A stretch of 21,684 nucleotides of DNA from the IMG/VR virus record IMGVR_UViG_3300045988_103300, positions 1 through 21,684 of that record; one strand, 5' to 3'. The translations under genes were made by a program, and so were the position numbers. Of the stretch, positions 16,039 through 21,684 are shown one piece after another. This DNA is from a virus. Under the pieces are notes generated by a model, which had not been told where the DNA came from, did not search any database, and worked only from the letters and a program-made list of their open reading frames with translations. The first letter of the stretch is position 1. Each line of letters begins with the position of its first letter.

Positions 16039-16272
16039 TTATTCTATATGTTTAGGTTTTAAACTCATCTCTTTAAGTTCAAGGTATTCTTTATGCTGTT
16101 CCTCTGTAATTACCCTATAGACAGATAAATCTGCATTTAAAGGGCAGTACATTAGTGTTGAGGCTGTATAAAACTTGATATTATCTCCATCAGTATATTT
16201 AGTAACATAATATCCTTTATCAGTATATACCTTGATAAAAACGTCTGTTTGTGTTATATGTAAATGTTCCAT
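16039..16272 (-). CDS. Small protein, paralogue of 12745..12966 (77 aa)
   Basis: ATG 16270-16272 shares one base with the TAA of the 500-aa LRR gene. TAA 16039-16041. The motif ..MYCPLNADLSVYRVITEEQHKEY.. matches ..CICPLDCDLTHLREISLEQDRIY.. of the 73-aa protein. Confidence 0.55.
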   Translation of the reverse strand: MEHLHITQTDVFIKVYTDKGYYVTKYTDGDNIKFYTASTLMYCPLNADLSVYRVITEEQHKEYLELKEMSLKPKHIE

Positions 16273-17774
16273 TATGCAAGAATCCAGTTTTTATTAGTAG
16301 CTATTGCTTTCTGTTCATCTGCTAGTTTAGATAAATGAGACTCTCCTAATACTAATGTATATTGAGTATCTCCAGTTCTATCTTTAAGTGCATCTAAAAT
16401 AGATACTAATGAGTCTATAGTTAGAGCTTCAAGACCTAAACTAAAATCAAGATAATCAGCATCTAAAGTTCCAGTTAAAGTAATAGTAGTAAGATTTGGG
16501 CAATCACTAAAAATAGCTCCTCCCATAGTTAATCCAGAAAAGTTGGTAGTTACTGTTGTTAAACTTTGGCAACTTCCAAACATTCCTCCTGCAGATTGTA
16601 CTGAAGAAAGGTCTATATTCCAAGAACTTAAAGTAGTATTTTGGAACATACCATCTGCCTCAATTAGTGCAGGTAACTCTATATTCCAATTACCAATAGA
16701 AGTATTCCAGAACATCATTTTTCCATTAGATAAAACTGGCAACGAATAACCCCAATCTGTTCAACCTACTCTTAAACATTGACTAAACATTTCTTCTGCA
16801 TTAACTAATCTACTTGTATCAAGTATAGGATTTTCTAATAGACCACAATTAGAAAACATACCTCTTGCTTCAACTAATATAGCATTTAATGTTATAGACT
16901 TTAATTTATTACAGTTAGCAAACATATAATCGCCATTAGTCATTTTAGGTGTACTTGCAGTAAAAGAAGTTAAACCAGTAAATCCAAACATATTATTTCC
17001 AGATGTTAATTCTGGCATATCTATATTGAACGAGGTTAACGCACTATCTCCATTAAACATTCCAGCTCCATTCTGTAAATTAGGAAGCTCCTTAGTAAAG
17101 GATGTTAACTGAGGACAACTTTGTAATATTCCTTCTCCATTAGTTACATTAGTAAAATCGAAGCCTTCAGGAACTTCAGTAAACTCACTACCTTGTAGTT
17201 TAATTTTATTTGCTGCTACGTCAATACTTCCTCCAGTTGGCACATTAACAGTTACATCAATAAACTCCATATAATCATATCCATCTGCAGGATGAATCAT
17301 TGTAGTTCCATTCTCTGTAATAGTAACTTCTCTATGCTCCTCAATTGGAATCTCTACATCTACTTCAATACTTGATAAACCTTGATAGCCAGCATCAGGT
17401 TTAACTTCAGTCATTGATAGGTTTTTATCTATTGTTATATGTTTCTCTTGTAAAGTAGGAGTTGGTACTGGAACATTTATTTGTGCAGAAACCTTCTCCA
17501 TAACATCATAATCTGGATCAGGTAAAATATCTATTAATCCATTAGATGTAATTGCAATCTCTTTAGTAGATTGTACTGTGGGAACAACAACATCAACAGA
17601 TACATTTACTTTCGACATACCATCATAACCCTCATCTGGAGTTACAACGAACTCAGCATTCTGAGTATATTCTACAGATTTCTCCTGTAATTTACATTCT
17701 TGAGCAGCTAAAGCTTCAATATCTCTTGAAGTTGTATTCTTTGCTACTTCTGGTGTTGTATATTTAATAGCCAT
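16272..17774 (-). CDS. BspA-type LRR tail/receptor-binding protein, fusion of two track ORFs across TGA (500 aa)
   Basis: ORF-track 16761..17774 ends at TGA 16761-16763. ORF-track 16272..16742 is in the same frame and begins on TTG. Junction: ...MFSQCLRVG-W-TDWGYSLPVLSNGKMMFWNT..., in mid-LRR array. The N-terminus has four ~38-aa tandem repeats. There are LRR units on both sides of the TGA (MFANCNKLKSITL, MFSNCGLLENPIL | MFGSCQSLTTVT, IFSDCPNLTTITL) and a C-terminal ..LADEQKAIATNKNWILA module. Confidence 0.8.
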
Positions 17775-17809
17775 TTTCTATAAAATATAAATAGTTAATT
17801 ATCTGTCCA

Positions 17810-17848
17810 TAAACAAAATAAGGGGCAAGTAAATTAATACTCGCCCCT
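17810..17848 (-). terminator. Rho-independent terminator after the tube-like gene
   Basis: Stem: aggggcaagta (17821-17831), loop aattaa, tactcgcccct (17838-17848), with one mismatch. On the minus strand it is followed by TTATTTTGTTT (complement of 17810-17820). Confidence 0.7.
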
Positions 17849-17857
17849 CTTCTGTTG

Positions 17858-18382
17858 TTAAGCACCTACAACACTTTGAATAGCTTCAGCACTCAACTCA
17901 TAAGGATATGATTCAGAGTCAGTAGCTAAAGTCAGCGTATAAGCGTTCTGATCACCTTTTGCAGTACCAGTAACACCCGTACCAGCGGAAGCGCTTACAT
18001 AGTCATCTTTTCCTAAGAACCAGTATTTGCCATTAGAATCTTCTACAACAACTACAAGTTGTCCAATAGAAAGAGCAGCAATCTCGATTCTTTTCTTAGT
18101 CTCCATCTTTGTAAATACAAGAGCAAGCTCATTACTTACATAGTTGGTTCCTGCAGTTTCGTCAACGTTCAATGTTGAGGTTAGAGAACCAGTACCTTTG
18201 CGGAATTGGTAATTATACCATTTAGCTGAAGATTCAAGAGTAATAGCTGAGATTTGATTAGTCTCATCATCTACAGTTACACTCTTAACATTATCGTACT
18301 GAGTAATCCATACCTGTTTGATACCACCAAGCGAAGATTCGCAATCCAGGGTAATACCAGCGATAGTTATTAAACAAGCCAT
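17858..18382 (-). CDS. Putative major tail (tube) protein (174 aa)
   Basis: It lies immediately after the capsid gene, is followed by a terminator and is visibly less AT-rich (codon bias of abundant proteins). The pattern ..GGIKQVWI......V......I.....W..Y.F....+..L...ALVF.K......I..L..G.LVVVVEDSNGKYWFLG.. resembles tail-tube proteins. Tentative. Confidence 0.4.
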   Translation of the reverse strand: MACLITIAGITLDCESSLGGIKQVWITQYDNVKSVTVDDETNQISAITLESSAKWYNYQFRKGTGSLTSTLNVDETAGTNYVSNELALVFTKMETKKRIEIAALSIGQLVVVVEDSNGKYWFLGKDDYVSASAGTGVTGTAKGDQNAYTLTLATDSESYPYELSAEAIQSVVGA

Positions 18383-18420
18383 ATAATTTCAATCTTATTT
18401 AAAGTTAAACTCTATTGAAA

Positions 18421-19326
18421 TTAGGCTTTGGCACCAAGAACTACCTCATCAGGGAATGCAACCTGTACGCCAGCGTTAAATTCAATAGCTAATCTAAATT
18501 CGCGGAAATCTTGTGAATACCACAATTCAAACTTCTCTTCATCGTTCATCATATCGCAACCATAGAAGAAGTTCTTATCTAACTGACCAGCAACAATCTT
18601 ATCAGTTCCATTAAGACCATTAACAGCGATTACTTTAACCTGCGAACCAGGAAGCATAATCTCACCATTAAGATTCTCACCACTATAGTGGTAGTAGTTC
18701 TTAGCAACTAACTCCTGGATAAATTTACGGAAAGTATCACTACCAACTAAGATAGAAGCACCATCCAGAACCTTCTCAGGAATAGCGTTATAAACAGCCA
18801 TAATGTCATCATAAGCAGATGCTCCAGTAATTACTACATCAACAACACCATCAGCAGCACCAAGGATCTTTAACAGACCATCAAAATACTTCAGGTTATT
18901 TGTTTCAGAAGCAGTATCACCCTGCCAAATAGCAGTCTCGATAGCAGCCTTAACGTTCTCAACTACTGCATTTACGAAATCCTCTTCAAAAGGAAGCGTC
19001 TTCTGACCAGCAGCTACTCGTACTTGATACTGAGTCCAGTATTTAAGCATCTCTTTATCACAATATGCCATATTGATCTTAATATTACCAGTAGCCAGAA
19101 TTCTCTGAGAAAGAGTCTGAGTTCCAGCTTCATTCCAACCACAAGCTAGGCCATCGCCAAACTGAATAGCAGTTGATAACAGGTTAAGAGCAGCACTAGT
19201 TTTGATGTCAGTTTGAAGATTGAACAACGAAGCACTCTTAGCCTTTAATACAGCCTCTTTAATAAGAGGAAGACGTCTCTGCTCTACATAAGCAGTAAGA
19301 CTAGTCATTACAGGACTATTTGCCAT
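18421..19326 (-). CDS. Major capsid protein, HK97 fold (301 aa)
   Basis: Position after protease and scaffold, size, and motifs typical of HK97-like MCPs (..AIWQGDT....YFDGLLKIL.., C-terminal ..EFNAGVQVAFPDEVV..). Less AT-rich than neighbouring genes. All 4 Trp codons are TGG. Confidence 0.75.
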   Translation of the reverse strand: MANSPVMTSLTAYVEQRRLPLIKEAVLKAKSASLFNLQTDIKTSAALNLLSTAIQFGDGLACGWNEAGTQTLSQRILATGNIKINMAYCDKEMLKYWTQYQVRVAAGQKTLPFEEDFVNAVVENVKAAIETAIWQGDTASETNNLKYFDGLLKILGAADGVVDVVITGASAYDDIMAVYNAIPEKVLDGASILVGSDTFRKFIQELVAKNYYHYSGENLNGEIMLPGSQVKVIAVNGLNGTDKIVAGQLDKNFFYGCDMMNDEEKFELWYSQDFREFRLAIEFNAGVQVAFPDEVVLGAKA

Positions 19327-19348
19327 AATTTTATAAATAATTTAATAA

Positions 19349-19960
19349 TTAACCAATAAAGTTTTTAAGCTTTTTATCAATAACAGGATTACCAGTCATT
19401 ATTGAAGCTTTGCCTTCTATCTGTTCCTCAGCTGAAAATGCAGCACTCATTTTGCTCATCTTTTCAACCGTCTTTTCTGTAGCTTCAGATTTACCCTCTA
19501 ATTCAGCTACTTTCTTAACAAGCTTATCAACAATGTCATAAAGCTCATTAATTTCGCGATGAATTGCATCAATTGCATCAGTTACAGTTTCTTTATCTCC
19601 ATCAGTAGCTACTTCAGGATCAACTGGCTCTTCAGCAGTTTCTACCTTGCGTTTTCCACAAGCAGCATCAACTTCTGCTTTAGCTGCTTCTTCTGGATCA
19701 ACTTCAGCTTTTGGATCAGTAATGGACTCTACTTTACCGTCTTTAACAACAATAGTTTTGCCATCTTCGGTAACATACTCACCATCAGCAGCAGGTGCAT
19801 ATTCTCCAGTATCAGTATCCATTGTATATACACTCATACCTGCCCTTAGATCCTCATCCTCACTACCATCGTAAGTTAGAACTCCAGCACTAGTCTTAAC
19901 ATCGTTAAATTTTGCTAAGAGTTTACTAAGTTCGATTCTCAGTTTAGTTAATTTGTTCAT
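19349..19960 (-). CDS. Scaffolding protein (203 aa)
   Basis: A highly acidic, Ala/Glu/Lys-rich helical protein (..INELYDIVDKLVKKVAELEGKSEATEKTVEKMSKM..) directly upstream of the capsid gene. No Trp. Confidence 0.6.
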   Translation of the reverse strand: MNKLTKLRIELSKLLAKFNDVKTSAGVLTYDGSEDEDLRAGMSVYTMDTDTGEYAPAADGEYVTEDGKTIVVKDGKVESITDPKAEVDPEEAAKAEVDAACGKRKVETAEEPVDPEVATDGDKETVTDAIDAIHREINELYDIVDKLVKKVAELEGKSEATEKTVEKMSKMSAAFSAEEQIEGKASIMTGNPVIDKKLKNFIG

Positions 19961-20555
19961 ACTTAAATTTAAAATTTTTATGATAGTTTTGTTTATTTTT
20001 GCAACATTTTATAATAGCACTATGATCAAAATTTCCGTTTCTTTCAGCGTCCATAGCAGATTTCCAAGTGCATATATAAGTATCATTAATATCTGTCATA
20101 ATTATACGTTTACTTACTTTTTCTTTCTGCTGTTCAGTTTGTTTAGTTCCTAATCTACATTCTCTTAACTTTAATTTTGTTTCATCCTTTAATACTCTTC
20201 CAGACTGTTTTAAAGACATTTTGTGTTTAGATTCTTCACTGTGTTTAAATCCAGTATTAGAACCTCCACCTTCATTTAAATTATAACCATTATTTAATGT
20301 ATCAAATAACTGAATATATTTAATTTCTGCATTATTTAGTTGTCTTTTCAATAATTCTGTAGAAGAACAACAAAAGATTTGAAGAATTTCCCATTTAAAG
20401 TTATTGAATTCATATTTCCTAATCGCTCTATGAAAATATGTAAGATTAGAACTGTATTTATGTTCATTCTTTCTTCTCAAGAAATTATTTGTTTGTCCTA
20501 CATATTTATTGCCATTTATAAGATTTGTTGCTAGATATATAACTCCACTATACAT
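19944..20555 (-). CDS. GIY-YIG homing endonuclease (203 aa), no TGA
   Basis: GVIYLATNLINGNKYVGQT...RRKNEH...AIRKYEFNNFKWEIL...E..YI.....NGYNLNEGG is a complete GIY-YIG domain. It is followed by NUMOD3-like repeats (HSEESKHKMS, LKDETKLKLRE, QTEQQKEKVSK) and a C-terminal DNA-binding tail. It is inserted between the protease and scaffold genes, overlapping the scaffold start by 17 nt. Confidence 0.85.
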   Translation of the reverse strand: MYSGVIYLATNLINGNKYVGQTNNFLRRKNEHKYSSNLTYFHRAIRKYEFNNFKWEILQIFCCSSTELLKRQLNNAEIKYIQLFDTLNNGYNLNEGGGSNTGFKHSEESKHKMSLKQSGRVLKDETKLKLRECRLGTKQTEQQKEKVSKRIIMTDINDTYICTWKSAMDAERNGNFDHSAIIKCCKNKQNYHKNFKFKYEQIN

Positions 20556-20556
20556 T

Positions 20557-21147
20557 CTATTTAACTCTTTTTATCTTCTTAATCATATTAAGGATCTCTT
20601 TTATTTCGTCATATTCATCAGACTTTCTCTCTAAAGTAAATAAACCTTCAATTGAGAACCCTTTAAACTTACCAGCTTTAATTGCATCCCAAATAACTTG
20701 ATTATCTACTTTATAAGTGGCAAATAAAGAACCATCAGGAACATCCTGGAATTCAACTGGAGATATTCCTCTATTAATATCCTTTACATAGATTTCTTGT
20801 AGAGTAATTCCATTTAAATCAGAATCTTCTAAATGTTCAATATTTACATCTGTAGTTCTCTTATCATACAGCATCTTCTCTGCCATTTTACGAAGAGTTT
20901 CCTTATCATACTGTATGTAGTATTCTCCGAGTTTCTCATCTCGTCTGAAAATTGGAGTATCACTTAACATTAAGCAAGATGTTACTAAATGCTTATCTTC
21001 ATCCATCGAGAACTTCTGAGAATTACTAAAAGCAACCCAGTTAACTTGTGTAGCTGGTTTGCTTGTTAAAGCAACATATTCTATTCCATCACAATCATCA
21101 GTAATCACTGCCTGAAATAATGGAAGATCATTATAAGTAATTTCCAT
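20557..21147 (-). CDS. Prohead protease, XkdF-like (196 aa)
   Basis: The pattern ..YVALTSKPATQ... ...IFRRDEKLGEYYIQYDKETLRKMAEKM......DVNIEH.......G.TLQEIYV..........W....KV.N..IWDAIKAGKFKGFSIEG matches the XkdF-type putative serine protease domain. It lies upstream of the scaffold and capsid genes. TAG 20557-20559. Confidence 0.6.
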   Translation of the reverse strand: MEITYNDLPLFQAVITDDCDGIEYVALTSKPATQVNWVAFSNSQKFSMDEDKHLVTSCLMLSDTPIFRRDEKLGEYYIQYDKETLRKMAEKMLYDKRTTDVNIEHLEDSDLNGITLQEIYVKDINRGISPVEFQDVPDGSLFATYKVDNQVIWDAIKAGKFKGFSIEGLFTLERKSDEYDEIKEILNMIKKIKRVK

Positions 21148-21199
21148 TTTTATTAATATATAGCACTTTATAAATTTGTAATATTTTTAGAATATCTAA

Positions 21200-21250
21200 T
21201 GTAACCTTTTTACTCATATTTTGTAGTTAATAAGAATAAAAAAGTTACAT
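21200..21250 (+). promoter_or_regulatory. Conserved 51-nt element, copy B (ATGTAAC-N37-GTTACAT)
   Basis: Sequence: tgtaacctttttactcatattttgtagttaataagaataaaaaagttacat. 42/51 positions are identical to copy A (3239-3289), same length and same orientation. It lies in the 112-nt gap between two minus-strand virion genes. Confidence 0.6.
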
Positions 21251-21259
21251 TAAACATTT

Positions 21260-21684
21260 CTAGAATGAAGCATTAGATTCAGTAACTGCTACCTTAGTTT
21301 GAGCTGAAGTAATATCAGATTCAACAACATAACATTTAATTGGATTGTTAAGTTGGTCTGTTTCTTTATCTCCAAGTAAGTTTCGAGTATATTCAACTGG
21401 AGCTGTATTTAAATTAGCTGGAGCAGATACTGATGCTGATACTCCTGAAGCAGATGCACCACTAGTTTCGTCTACTTCCCAGATCTTTTTAACATTAGCT
21501 ATACCAGCTGCAATTGCTGCAGCAGCGGCGGCAGCACCTAAAGCTGGACCAACAATTGGAATTCCTGCCATTGCAGAATAAGCACTGTTAGCTGCACTAT
21601 ATGTATCAATTAAAGCTTGAGCTGTTGCAAATCCTTTACCTACTTTACTTTCCTCTCCCCATATAGTTGCCATACTTCCTGCAA
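21260..21684 (-). CDS. C-terminal part of a Gly/Ala-rich virion protein (partial, open to window edge)
   Basis: The frame stays open upstream of the track ATG (21671-21673) to the window end. It has a hydrophobic Gly/Ala zipper (MAGIPIVGPALGAAAAAAAIAAGIA) of the kind seen in tape-measure or ejection proteins. TAG 21260-21262. Confidence 0.5.
   Translation of the reverse strand, partial: AGSMATIWGEESKVGKGFATAQALIDTYSAANSAYSAMAGIPIVGPALGAAAAAAAIAAGIANVKKIWEVDETSGASASGVSASVSAPANLNTAPVEYTRNLLGDKETDQLNNPIKCYVVESDITSAQTKVAVTESNASF

Noticed and set aside
454-16742. N-terminal extensions on the ORF track that begin with M at 454, 2767, 8843, 10206, 10537, 12764, 13195 and 16742
   Set aside because: These start codons are TTG on the DNA. 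In each case either an internal ATG gives a tighter junction with the upstream gene, or the frame actually continues upstream through a TGA (8843, 13195, 16742). The track starts were therefore not used.
961-16763. TGA as selenocysteine or as occasional programmed read-through
   Set aside because: There are sixteen sites in twelve unrelated genes. They align with Trp (not Cys/Sec) positions, and I noticed no common downstream hairpin. Wholesale reassignment is the simpler explanation.
5039-21262. TAG might also be reassigned
   Set aside because: The five TAGs at gene ends (5039, 10636, 12123, 20557, 21260) are followed by a terminator, by the next gene's start, or by an in-frame TAA within a few codons. 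None interrupts a recognisable domain, so TAG behaves as a normal stop in this window.
16543-21581. Plus-strand track ORFs 16543..16749, 19559..19849, 19647..19874, 19953..20153 and 21345..21581
   Set aside because: All lie inside, and antisense to, minus-strand genes with clear family signatures (LRR protein, scaffold, GIY-YIG, Gly/Ala-rich protein). Their translations are compositionally skewed (Ser/Phe/Ile or Ala/Ser runs), as expected from the complement of biased coding sequence.
1-21684. CRISPR arrays, transposases/IS elements, integrase, diversity-generating retroelement, toxin-antitoxin or other defence-type loci
   Set aside because: I recognised no direct-repeat/spacer arrays, reverse transcriptase, recombinase or typical defence-gene motifs in any frame. 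The window reads as lytic-phage structural, lysis and early genes.

Overview
This is a visibly AT-rich, tightly packed tailed-phage genome segment, transcribed almost entirely on the minus strand. Reading right to left it contains: the C-terminal end of a Gly/Ala-rich virion protein, an XkdF-type prohead protease, a GIY-YIG endonuclease, a scaffold protein, an HK97-type major capsid protein and a tube-like protein. Next comes a ~7 kb receptor-binding cluster with three BspA-type LRR proteins, two fibre proteins, two small paralogous proteins and one HNH endonuclease. Then follow the portal, a GIY-YIG endonuclease, head-completion-like genes, a holin/M15-peptidase lysis cassette and a third GIY-YIG endonuclease. 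A short plus-strand module (SF2 helicase-like ATPase plus small ORFs) sits between a bidirectional terminator and a divergent promoter region. The leftmost block has small membrane proteins, a PD-(D/E)xK-like nuclease, an HNH endonuclease, a two-piece sigma-factor-like pair, a DUF1360-like membrane protein and a small-terminase-like protein. Central finding: TGA is not a stop codon here. Sixteen in-frame TGAs on the minus strand lie inside 12 genes, several at positions that are invariant Trp in the corresponding protein families. No gene needs TGA to terminate; all end in TAA or TAG. The supplied standard-code ORF track therefore truncates 7 genes, splits 2 genes in two and misses 3 genes completely. 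Promoter-like motifs of the Bacteroidota type (TTTG-N19-20-TAnnTTTG) and the absence of Shine-Dalgarno sequences suggest a standard-code host, which would make this a stop-codon-recoded phage. Other points: five free-standing homing endonuclease genes in 21.7 kb, a reiterated LRR/small-protein/fibre cassette, a sigma-like factor encoded as two overlapping ORFs, and a conserved 51-nt element present at two distant loci. No tRNA, rRNA, CRISPR array or transposase was recognised. All functional calls are motif recognition by eye; no searches were run.
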